Assembly (NCBI GenBank): GCA_964035575.1
Contig: OZ037843.1
Location: forward strand, 1,488,001-1,552,000
DNA length: 64,000 nucleotides
Direction: 5' to 3'
Source of the DNA: Rhynchopus sp. YZ270_cl-10
Taxonomy: Eukaryota
Shown here: in pieces, positions 45,071 to 56,000 of the stretch
How positions within the stretch are numbered: the first letter of the stretch is position 1
How the letters are laid out: the number at the start of each line of letters is the position of its first letter
The notes under the pieces: model-generated
The model's database searches: none
What the model saw: only the letters and a program-made list of their open reading frames with translations
Told to the model about the DNA's origin: nothing
Position numbers and translations under genes: made by a program

Positions 45071-46466
45071 ATATGGGTCAATTTTTTAACCCCCCCCCTC
45101 AAAAGTTCCACGGCCATTTTTTCGGGTTCTACACCGTTTGAGCCCCCACAGGTGTACAGAACCCCCCTGGAATCGGTTTTGAGCGACTTGTGGCGGTGTT
45201 TTGAGGCAAAGTGGCACTTTTTTTGCTATTTTCAGGCTATTTTTGGCCATTTTCAGGCTATTTTGGCCTGTTTTGGCCTATATTCACTGTATGACCGATT
45301 TTTCGGGTTTTATGAGGTTTGAACACCAACAGGTGCCACGAAACACCCCAGTACCGGTTTTGTGGGCCTCCTGTGGGGTTTTGGGGGTGAAATATACCTT
45401 TTACTCTATGTTCTGGGCCATATTGGGGTGTTTTTTGGCCATGTAGGCCTGGTATGTGCCCTACAGTGCATAAGCCAAATTTGGGTGTTTTGAGGGGTAG
45501 AGGGTCATGGTGGTGCGTTCATGACTCGGTGGCGGCGACGCTTATTGCTCGCTGTTCTGGCCCTATTTCCCCAATTTCACCCCTCCCCGACCCTTTTCTG
45601 ATGAAGATCTTTGACGTGCTCGGTCCCGTCGCAAATGTTCTTTGTGAATGTTCTTCATAAAATAGGGGAGCGTCAGGGGGGTCAAAATAGCTATTTTTGA
45701 CCAAAAAAACACGATTTTTTTGACGCCAGGAGGCCTCCTTTGGCCCAAATATACCCCAAAAATGGGCTGTGAACCAATTCCGACCTGTTTCGGACATATT
45801 CGACACTTTTCTTGGTGTTTATCGGTGTTTTTTTGGTCAAAAATAGCTATTTTGACCCCCCTGACGCTCCCCTATTTTATGAAGAACATTCACAAAGAAC
45901 ATTTGCGACGGGACCGAGCACGTCAAAGATCTTCATCAGAAAAGGGTCGGGGAGGGGTGAAATTGGGGAAATAGGGCCAGAACAGCGAGCAATAAGCGTC
46001 GCCGCCACCGAGTCATGAACGCACCACCATGACCCTCTACCCCTCAAAACACCCAAATTTGGCTTATGCACTGTAGGGCACATACCAGGCCTACATGGCC
46101 AAAAAACACCCCAATATGGCCCAGAACATAGAGTAAAAGGTATATTTCACCCCCAAAACCCCACAGGAGGCCCACAAAACCGGTACTGGGGTGTTTCGTG
46201 GCACCTGTTGGTGTTCAAACCTCATAAAACCCGAAAAATCGGTCATACAGTGAATATAGGCCAAAACAGGCCAAAATAGCCTGAAAATGGCCAAAAATAG
46301 CCTGAAAATAGCAAAAAAAGTGCCACTTTGCCTCAAAACACCGCCACAAGTCGCTCAAAACCGATTCCAGGGGGGTTCTGTACACCTGTGGGGGCTCAAA
46401 CGGTGTAGAACCCGAAAAAATGGCCGTGGAACTTTTGAGGGGGGGGGTTAAAAAATTGACCCATAT
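45071..46466. mobile_element. Foldback element, ~640-bp inverted arms with ~110-bp spacer
   Basis: 45071-~45712 is the reverse complement of ~45825-46466; ends ATAT-GGGTC...GACCC-ATAT (possible 4-bp TSD). Confidence 0.9.
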
Positions 46467-46834
46467 TGTATACTACGCTCCATATTGATGATCGTACAGC
46501 ATCAGAGAAGGGACGCATATGGGTTGTATTATGTACAAAATTATCGACCGTAAAAAAAAAGGGGTCGAACTTCCAGAGAAAAAAAATTCTGAAAAGGTCG
46601 AACATTAGTACGGTCGTATAATTTTTGTGCGAATACGGTACATCTTGTTGGCCGCGTGGTTTTGTCGAAGGGAACATCAGAGGAGAGATGATCAGGGTGA
46701 AAGAGGTAGGAGCAGGAGGGGAACTGCCCTGTGAAGGGATACATGTCTTTTGCTCTGGGTCTGTGTTAACTTATTCCAGAGAGAAGTAGGGTTTTTGTTT
46801 TTGCTCAAATTGGGCTCATTCAGTATTTTTTTTA

Positions 46835-47046
46835 CCGACCCTCCCCTGTGAAATTGTTCCCCCCCCCAAAAAAAAAAAAACCCCGGTATTTTGCCGCCAG
46901 GGACAATTTCAAGGGAGTCGCGGGGACAACCTTTGCTCTCCCTTCTTCACACCAAAACGGCCATCCCTCAACAGTACGAGATATTGTCCCCTCTCCCCCC
47001 CTCACTTTTTCCCCCCAGGGGGGACAATTTCACGAGGGAGGGTCGG
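46835..47046. mobile_element. MITE, copy of 27952-28182
   Basis: Same TIR and interior (GGGAGTCGCGGGGACAACCTTTGCTCTCCC). Confidence 0.8.
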
Positions 47047-48333
47047 TGTTCTCTCAATACTGCTTCAAGTTCAGATACGCTTTATAGGCCTTGCTGCTAA
47101 CTTTTTGGTTTTTTTGAGATTTCGTGGGTTGATGGTCGGGGGGGGTATTTTCGAGCTTACGTAAAAGAAAAACCCTCTACCCGTCTACAGGCTGAGCCAA
47201 ATGTACCAAAAAACCTCTCCCCCTCAGCTGAGCCTCAAGGCACGTCCCCTTGGGGCCTTGAGTTGGGATACACCTGGAGGGGGGAAGTTAGCGACAGCTG
47301 CGCGCTTTTGTTGAACTCTTCAGGGGGGGTTTTTTTCTCATGAACTGTGCTGATTTGTATCTTTCTCCCAAAAGTCATGTTCATTCCCACCACACACAGC
47401 AGGCAGAAGGTAACCAACGTTCCTGCCACACTGCGCGGTGAATTCCATATTTTTTGTTTATCCCAGTTTTTTTTTGTTAAATGTGTGACTGAGTGTGGGG
47501 ATGCGTTCAAGAATTAAACTCTTCCCCCCAAACCCCCTTTCATCTCTAGTTTTCTTTATCCAAACGTCGAGTGGACGCGTGAAAATTTTGCTTTTTATTG
47601 TCTTCACGTTTTGTTATCATTGTTGTTGGGGTTTGAAAATTTTTTGCGGCATTCATTCTCCCACAAGCACTGCCCCGTTCTCTCATTCCCCTTTTGCTTA
47701 TGCTCTACTTCTACGTCCCAAACAGCTTGCTGTATGTGAAGATGGCGTTAACCACAACAACAAAAGGTTGAGGGACTTCCGCAAATAGGAGCTGAGGTCA
47801 CTGTTCATAGGTGACTAAGCACGAGAGGCTCAGCTCCCTTAGTTTCGAGTGCGAAACGCTTCTGTATTACACGGGAAACAACATGACAAACAGGTGCAGG
47901 GTGGTTCCGTGCACATCATAGAACCTGGCACCCTTTGTCTCCCAAAAACCAAAAAGCGTTGTTGTGTGAAGTTTTGAAGGAAAAATACTATCATCTTGTA
48001 AACTTTCCTCATCTACATCTTTCAGATGTGGGTGTCTGTGCACGGGAGGTACGTTCATATTACGGGTAGTCTTTTTGTGCACCGGTCATATACCCAGGCA
48101 CACTGTCACGAAAAGGACAGTGTTTTGTATTTCAAGTTATATTTGTGTGTCTAATTTGAGCCGCCAAAGCGTGACCAAAGTAAAGCACTGTAGGAGCTTA
48201 GTGTTTTCGTTCATATGACCGATGTCAATATTCAACCCTACCCACCTTTCTTTTGTTTTCCTTATTTCGTGATTTCCCTGACCCACCCACACCCAGCTAT
48301 GCACACACAACAGGACACACACCTCCCTCCACA

Positions 48334-50091
48334 ATGGTGCGCTGTGTGCAGTACGTACGTGACGCGCTGTCCATGGATGGCACACTCGACAAGGAAGAGC
48401 GTAAGCGGCGCACACTGTTCTTCGTGTACGTCATAGTGACTGCGATTGCCACGACTCTTGGAATGGTGCTGATCTGGCAGGCGGTATCACATTATGTCAA
48501 CGCGACAGGTTGTGCGTTGATCCTTCTGGTCCTTCTGTACGGGGCGGTATCTGTGCTTCTGAAACGTGAGCTGACGACGAGGATGATTGCGACAGTGCTG
48601 CTGGTACAGTTTGCGGTGTCCATTCTGTGGGATTTACAGTCACGGACTGTGAACACGGTACAGTGGCCGTTGATCGTGCTTGTGGTGGACATGCTGCTTG
48701 TGATGCAGGTCCCACAGCAGTACAGCATCTTCGTCGTGTGCTGTACCGTCGTTTGGCTGCTGCTGGCGGCAGTGGAGGAGAGCTTCAGGTTCGGGCTTTT
48801 CGACATGCCTGGGTTGCTGCCACAGGATGGTCCATACCCCAGCAGGCGTGCGCACTTCACAAAGTTGGTCGACTGTGAGACGCTGCCCTGTCCAGTCGAC
48901 TTCCCACCTGCAGGATTCGCCGCATCAGTCGGAGTCTTTGTCATCGACTTTCTTGTGACACGTGGGTTCGCAGCGGCAGTGCGTGCTGAGCAGGCGTCAA
49001 TGGAGCGGACCATCGCAACAGTGCAGGAGATCGCGTCGCTCCTTGCTGGCTACGATGTGGAGCAGGTGGCGGAGCTGCTGCAGGCTCATGAGAAAGAGCT
49101 GCCCGAGGGGATGGCGGCAGCACTGCGGAAGCTGGAGCAGAACCTGCGTATGTACAAGGCGTACCTCCCGCAGACGTGTCTGCCGTTTGATGAGGACGTG
49201 GTGTCACGTGGCTCTGATGACACGATCTCATGCGCGTCTGTGTCTACCTCAGTATCCCTGAAGGCGGCACTTGTCACTTCCCTGACCGCATGTGTGCAGC
49301 CCCTCGTCCTCTCATCCACAAAGGCAACACTGCTGACACTGAACATCAAAGACACCCTGCACCGCCTGGAGGAGGACAGTGCACGCTTCTCCGACCTCTT
49401 CACAACTGTTCTTCTGAAGACCCTGCAGGCAACAGACAGCAGATGTGGGATGGTGGACGTCTTTGTTGGGGACAGGATCCACTGCTCGTTCAACACGTCG
49501 AAGCAATGTGCGTCGCACGCAACCTCAGCACTGCACGCAGCAAGCATGCTCATGAGAGCTGGCCTGGCAGCCTCTGTGAACGTGGGTGTTGCGACTGGGA
49601 AGGTGCTGCGTGGTGACATGGGTTGTGATGTGATGCGTCGCTTCAGCATGGTGGGGACACTTGTGCGTGACGTGCATGGGATGGAACGTGCAGGACGTAC
49701 GCTGGGGTGCGACGTTGTCTGCAACCGTCTTTGTTTTAGCGACGCTGAGTGTGAACACGACTTGCGTCTGCTTCCGTGCAAGGTGGAGGTTGCCTCTGGC
49801 TGTGAGGCACAACCTGTGGCTGAGCTGGTTTCGAAGGAACGGGACAACTCAACTGCAGCAGACGAGTGGATGTACCAGATCGGTGAGAAGAAGCACTGGG
49901 AGGACTACAACACAGTGGTGCGTGGGTACCTGCGTGGTGAGAGTTGTGACACGGACGTTGCGAAGGCGTGGGTGGAGGCGGGTGGGAGTGGCACACCAGC
50001 ACACGCAGTTCCTTCCGGGACGTGCAGTGTTGTGACGCTCTGTTTTCCAACAGAAAAATGCGTCAGGAACACAGGAGAAAACAATTGGTGA
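48334..50091 (+). CDS. Multi-pass membrane protein with degenerate cyclase domain
   Basis: ATG 48334; divergent TM module, shared cytoplasmic module. Confidence 0.85.
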   Translation: MVRCVQYVRDALSMDGTLDKEERKRRTLFFVYVIVTAIATTLGMVLIWQAVSHYVNATGCALILLVLLYGAVSVLLKRELTTRMIATVLLVQFAVSILWDLQSRTVNTVQWPLIVLVVDMLLVMQVPQQYSIFVVCCTVVWLLLAAVEESFRFGLFDMPGLLPQDGPYPSRRAHFTKLVDCETLPCPVDFPPAGFAASVGVFVIDFLVTRGFAAAVRAEQASMERTIATVQEIASLLAGYDVEQVAELLQAHEKELPEGMAAALRKLEQNLRMYKAYLPQTCLPFDEDVVSRGSDDTISCASVSTSVSLKAALVTSLTACVQPLVLSSTKATLLTLNIKDTLHRLEEDSARFSDLFTTVLLKTLQATDSRCGMVDVFVGDRIHCSFNTSKQCASHATSALHAASMLMRAGLAASVNVGVATGKVLRGDMGCDVMRRFSMVGTLVRDVHGMERAGRTLGCDVVCNRLCFSDAECEHDLRLLPCKVEVASGCEAQPVAELVSKERDNSTAADEWMYQIGEKKHWEDYNTVVRGYLRGESCDTDVAKAWVEAGGSGTPAHAVPSGTCSVVTLCFPTEKCVRNTGENNW

Positions 50092-50342
50092 GGTGCAGTC
50101 TGTTATGTTGAAATTCCTAAAACACACAAACTTGCGGTCGTTATTTCAGCGGTTGTTATTACTTTCCCCCCCTTTTTTCTCCAATTCATTGGTTACCAAC
50201 CGCACACATGTTCCGCCGCACATGTATTACAGCCATTTTTACGGTGACCCCTATTTTCGACCGCATTTGACTAAAAGCGGTCTTGATTAGGGATCACCGT
50301 AATACATGTACGCTCCGGTCTGACCAGGACTGGACCACGTCT

Positions 50343-50413
50343 AGTTTGAGAAGGTCGGGGAAGCGATGTTCCCAATGCCTTCCCAATCATCATCGCTTTA
50401 GGCGTTACTCCTT
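50343..50413 (-). pseudogene. Decayed reverse-strand copy of part of the same 28S fragment
   Basis: Reverse complement AAGGAGTAACGCCTAAAGCGATGATGATTGGGAAGGCATTGGGAACATCGCTTCCCCGACCTTCTCAAACT aligns with ~36979-37050. Confidence 0.7.
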
Positions 50414-50622
50414 CGTCGATGTGTCCCTCTCCCCTGCTGGCACCCCGTTCATGTGACCGATGAGTAGAGCACTAGATGTGAACTTCGACATACATAGTGG
50501 GAAAGCATTACGGGTACACCCTACAGTCACCTAAAGGCTGTTGAGGGGTTTTTGTATTTCAAGTTTGGGTTCTGTTTCCACCTTTCTCTCCTACCACCCC
50601 CAACAGCACCTGCTCAGAAACA

Positions 50623-52302
50623 ATGCAGGTCCGCTGGCTGGAGCGCACGCTGTCTCTGGACGGGACGCTTGATAAGAATGGGAGGCACAACCGTGTAGTG
50701 TTTCTTATGACACATGTTTTTGTTCTCATAATGGACGTAATCCTGGCGCCGAGCCTGTTCGACGGTCGTGGACGTTATGTGTTCACTGCTGCAGTGGTCT
50801 TGTCTACGGTCACTGCACTGTTCGCGATCCTCACTGTGCTGTGCAGTCGGCCGCTGACGACAGGGGCGATTGTGGGCGTAGCGTTCTGTGACTGGCTTGC
50901 GATTGTCAGTGCGGACTACACTGCGCGGGCTGCGGGGAACGCGGTCTGGGTGCTGATGGTGCTAGTGGTGGACTTTCTTCTTGTGATGCAGGTGACCACA
51001 CGCTACAGCATGATCGTTGTGTGCACGACTGTCGTGTACCTTGTCGTCATGGCTGCGGAGGAGCGACTGCGCTTCGGGCTTCTTGACATGCCCGGCCTGA
51101 TGACGCAAGAGGAACGCTGGTCGCGCATGACGAAGATGTCTACATGTGTAGCGCTGCCGTGCCCGATTGACCCAACAAACTACCTCGCAGCGTCGTTGGT
51201 CGTCTTCGTCGTCGACTTCATCGCAACCAGAGGCTTCGCAGCGGCAGTGCGTGCTGAGCAGGCGTCAATGGAGCGGACCATCGCAACAGTGCAGGAGATC
51301 GCGTCGCTCCTTGCTGGCTACGATGTGGAGCAGGTGGCGGAGCTGCTGCAGGCTCATGAGAAAGAGCTGCCCGAGGGGATGGCGGCAGCACTGCGGAAGC
51401 TGGAGCAGAACCTGCGTATGTACAAGGCGTACCTTCCGAAGACGTGTCTGCCGTTTGATGGGGAGGTGGTGCCACGTGTCTCTGTCGTGTCGTCTTCAAC
51501 GCTGTCCTCCTTCTCCAGTACAGTGAAGGATACAGCTGTCACTGCCCCGATTGTATGTGTGCAGCCCCTCGTCCTCTCATCCACAAAGGCAACACTGCTG
51601 ACACTGAACATCAAAGACACCCTGCACCGCCTGGAGGAGGACAGTGCACGCTTCTCCGACCTCTTCACAACTGTTCTTCTGAAGACCCTGCAGGCAACAG
51701 ACAGCAGACGTGGGATGGTGGACGTCTTTGTTGGTGACAGGATCCACTGCTCGTTCAACACGTCGAAGCAGTGTGCGTCGCACGCAACCTCAGCACTGCA
51801 CGCAGCAAGCATGCTCATGAGAGCTGGCCTGGCAGCCTCTGTGAGCGTGGGTGTTGCGACTGGGAAGGTGCTGCGTGGTGACATGGGTTGTGATGTGATG
51901 CGTCGCTTCAGCATGGTGGGGACACTTGTGCGTGACGTGCACGGGATGGAACGTGCAGGACGTATGCTGGGGTGTGACGTTCTCTGCAACCGTCTTTGCT
52001 TCAGCGAAGCTGAGTGTGAACACGACCTGCGTCTGCTTCCGTGCAAGGTGGAGGTTGCTAGCTGTGGGCTTGGGGTCGTGGCTGAGCTGGTTGCCGAAGA
52101 GTACACTGAGGATGTGATGGACGAATGGATGTACCAGATAGGCGGGAAGAAGCACTGGGAGGACTACAACACAGTGGTGCGTGGGTACATGCATGGGGAG
52201 TGCCGTGACACAGACGTTGCGAAGGCGTGGGTGGAGGCGGGTGGGAGTGGCACACCAGCACACGCAGTTCCTTCTGGGACTTGCGGTACTGTGCGCTGCT
52301 AA
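50623..52302 (+). CDS. Multi-pass membrane protein with degenerate cyclase domain; most divergent TM module
   Basis: 559-aa ORF; from RGFAAAVRAEQASMERTI onward it is near-identical to the paralogs. Confidence 0.88.
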   Translation: MQVRWLERTLSLDGTLDKNGRHNRVVFLMTHVFVLIMDVILAPSLFDGRGRYVFTAAVVLSTVTALFAILTVLCSRPLTTGAIVGVAFCDWLAIVSADYTARAAGNAVWVLMVLVVDFLLVMQVTTRYSMIVVCTTVVYLVVMAAEERLRFGLLDMPGLMTQEERWSRMTKMSTCVALPCPIDPTNYLAASLVVFVVDFIATRGFAAAVRAEQASMERTIATVQEIASLLAGYDVEQVAELLQAHEKELPEGMAAALRKLEQNLRMYKAYLPKTCLPFDGEVVPRVSVVSSSTLSSFSSTVKDTAVTAPIVCVQPLVLSSTKATLLTLNIKDTLHRLEEDSARFSDLFTTVLLKTLQATDSRRGMVDVFVGDRIHCSFNTSKQCASHATSALHAASMLMRAGLAASVSVGVATGKVLRGDMGCDVMRRFSMVGTLVRDVHGMERAGRMLGCDVLCNRLCFSEAECEHDLRLLPCKVEVASCGLGVVAELVAEEYTEDVMDEWMYQIGGKKHWEDYNTVVRGYMHGECRDTDVAKAWVEAGGSGTPAHAVPSGTCGTVRC

Positions 52303-53098
52303 TTCTAGACAACTCTACTCCCAAGACTAAGAACCACAGGCTTACGACACCTCTGTTTGCTCATGACAGCTTAGGATTCGTTTTTTTGCCGATCGTCTTT
52401 CCAGAGATTGAGCTTATCCCTGTAGGCGCCATGTGTTTACACACGTGGAAAAAAGTGTCCCCACCGAGGCCTCAGGTAGTCAGGTCCGAGCCACGATTTT
52501 GTACCAGGCTCTGCCATCCAGGAAGGAGGTGTGCGGGCTGTCTCAACCGCACAGTAAAACAAAACGCGAAAAGGAGTGGGGGGCGGCTAGGGTGGGGAGG
52601 GGTGTGATTTAGTACAGCGCAAAGTAGTATGTTCAAGTGTTGAAAGACAAACTCAAAAGGCCAACCTGGCAGTAGGAGAATTCTCCTTCCGATACAGCTC
52701 AACCGGACATCACTCAGATGTAATTTACCTGCGATCTCCATGGGAACGCTGTTCAGCGCCAGTGTCTTCGCAATCACGTTTTGACTGCATCCGCTACACT
52801 TTCCTCAGCATACCCCTTGCACTGCACTCCGTTTCAAAGAAGCTTTCTGTCCATTGGCCCCGTGTCTGGCTCTGTGTGCAGCGACAAGCTGCCTATGCAT
52901 GTTTCGAGCTTCACAGAATTGTTCTCTGCTGACGTGTTGCCACCCACCATAAGCACGCCGAGACGCTGTGGTATACCTCAGTGGGAGGGCTGAGGTGGCT
53001 CTGTTCACATTGGTTGTGCACCACCCTTCAGGTACCCTTTGCATGTCTTTCACTTAAACACACCTCACCAGGTCTTCGAGAAGCGGTACACAGCGAAT

Positions 53099-56000
53099 AT
53101 GAGGTTTATGCAGTGCTGGTGTGTTGTGCTTCTTACGCCTTGTGTTGTGTCTGCAGCTCCAACACCTGCTCCCCCAACAGGACCACCGACACCTGCTCCT
53201 CCAACAGCACCACCGACCATTGCGCCCACAGCCGTTCCAACACAGGTACCGGAAGATGGGAGCAGAGTGCACATGATGCGCTATGTACGGGGGACGACCG
53301 CAGTATTGAAGTATGTGATTCACAAGGTGCACAGCAAACACAGGTGGGCTGGGTGTTGGGGTGTTGGATGAGTTGTTTGCATGGCACTGCATTCAACGAA
53401 TATGAGTCAGTGTCTTGTGAAGACATGAGTGCCAGTTACTCTTGTGTCGTTTCATCATGTGCATTGGCACCCGAGAGTGCACCATTGTGGGAGTGTGGCA
53501 CAACTGCACTTTTCTTGTTTTCCATGTTTTTTCGACCACACCCACACACGACACACAGGGGCAACGAAGCCATTTCTCTTACCGTCCCTGATCTGAGTCT
53601 GCTTGAAGGAAACGTGCTGGACAACTACGCTGTGTCGCTTGATAAGGTCGAGTTCCAGCCTGAGGGTGACTTCAACAGTACGATGCAGATTTCTGTGAGC
53701 GCCTCACAGCAAGATGATGTACTGTACTCGACACCCTTTAACTTGAAGGCAGGGGAGACAGGGACGATCAGACCAGACGAGCTGTACAGCCAGACAGTGT
53801 TGTCCCGCGACAGACCTTTGTCTCTTAGGCCAGATGCGAATGTGCTTTCGTACTACTCAATGTCATTTTACGTGAAGTTTGTTCCGAACAGTGGTGTTGC
53901 ACCACTGGAGACAACTGCACTGTCACAAGAGGCAGTCACAGACTACATTCATGCGAACAACTATGATGGATACGTGCATCAGTTGGACATGGGCACGGAC
54001 ACGGACTACGGCTCGTTGTCCACTTTCACCGACGGCGATTTAGATTCACACGCTGCTGCGGGTCTGATTAACTGCACAATGGATGCAGACATCAGTTTTC
54101 GTATACAAGGAAGTCCTTCTTCCAGCACGAACCGGGTACACGACTCTGCGGGGACTGTGTACGAGGTGGGTGTCCGTCAAGCATTTCTTACGCCTACCCG
54201 GTGCGTTCGTGGTAGTGTCATATTTGTTACGTGCCCTGATGACGCTGACATGCTTTGGCACCCGATACCCACCGTTTCGCCGCCAACACCTGCTCCCCCA
54301 ACAGGACCACCGACACCTGCTCCTCCAACAGCACCACCGACTATTGCGCCCACAGCCGTTCCAACACAGGTACCGGAAGATGGGAGCAGAGTGCACATGA
54401 TGCGCAGTGTACAGAACAGCGTGTACATGTATGTGATTCACATGGTGCACAGCAAACACAGGTGGGCTGGGTGTTGGGGTGTTGGATGAGTTGTTTGCAT
54501 TGCACTGCATTCAACGAATATGAGTCAGTGTCTTGTGAAGACATGAGTGCCAGTTACTCTTGTGTGGTTTCATCATGTACATTGGCACCCGAGAGTGCAT
54601 CGTTGTGGGAGTGTGGCACAAGTGCACTTCTCTCGTTTCCCCTGTTTTGTCAACCACACCCACACACTACACACAGTTACGGCGCAATTTATATTGAGGT
54701 CCCTGATCTGAGTCTGCTTGAAGGAAACTTGCTGGACAACTACACTGTGTCGGTTGAAAGGATAGAGCTCCAGCCTGAGGCTGACTTCAACAGTACGGTG
54801 CAGATTCTTGTCAGCAAGTATAACCTGTCAGCTGTACTGTACGAGGAACCTTTTAACTTGAAGGCAGGGGAGACAGGGACGATTAGACTAGACGAGCTGT
54901 ACAGCGTGGCAGGGCTGTCCCGCGACTATCCTGTGGCTGTGGTGTACGATTCCGATGAGGCTGTGTCTGTGAGCTACTCAATGTCACTTTACGTGAAGTT
55001 TGTTCCGAACAGTGGTGTTGCACCACTGGAGACAACTGCACTGTCACTAGCGGCAGTCACAGACTACCTTGATGCAAAAGTGCAGAACTTCGCACACGTG
55101 TATCATTTGGACCTGACCGACTTGGATTTCCGACCTTACTCAGACCAGGTCTGGCTGGCGGTTGTGATCAACTGCACAATGGACGCAGACGTCACGTTTA
55201 ATCCTATAGCTAAGGACGTCCTGCTCCACGACTCCACAGGGGTTGCGTACGACTATCGTGTGGCACATACTCTGTCTGCCAGGTGCATTCGTGGGAGTGT
55301 GATACTTTTTTATCTTGTTTATGCCACCCCAGTAACGTGGTCCCTGATACCCGTAACAGTTGCACCGCCCACAGTGTCGCCACCAACACCCGCACCCCCA
55401 ACAGCAGTACCAACACCTGCTCCTCCAACAGCACTGCCGACAGCAATTCCCACATCTGGGCCTACAGATGCTCCCCCAACAGCAGTGCCGACAGCAGTGC
55501 CCACACATGCACCACCGACAGCAACTCCAACAGCAATTCCCACAGCAGCACCAACACATGCTCCCCCAACAGCAACACCGACAGCAGCACCGACAGCAAT
55601 TCCCACAGCAATACCAACAGTTGTTCCTCCAACAGCACTGCCGACAGCAGCTCCCACACCTGCACCACCGACAGCAGTGCCCACACCCGCTCCTGTTGTT
55701 GATGCAACTGCTGTGACTCAAGTCATCGTCGCAAGTGTGCGCACCGCAGTTGCTGAAGGGTATGTGCATCCATCCACACGACTTACCATACATACAACAG
55801 GTCGTTGATCGACGTGGCTCAAGCGTTCTTACCAGACGTGGTGACTGGGCAGGTGTTTTCATTTGGGACACTGACGCTGTCACGTGCCGCAGGTGACGGC
55901 GACAGTGCTGTGTTCTCTGTGGCGGTGACTGGATCGGATATGAAAGGCAACATGGAGCGAGTCCTGCAGGAGTGGGTCACTCTTGGCCCCGGGGAAACTG

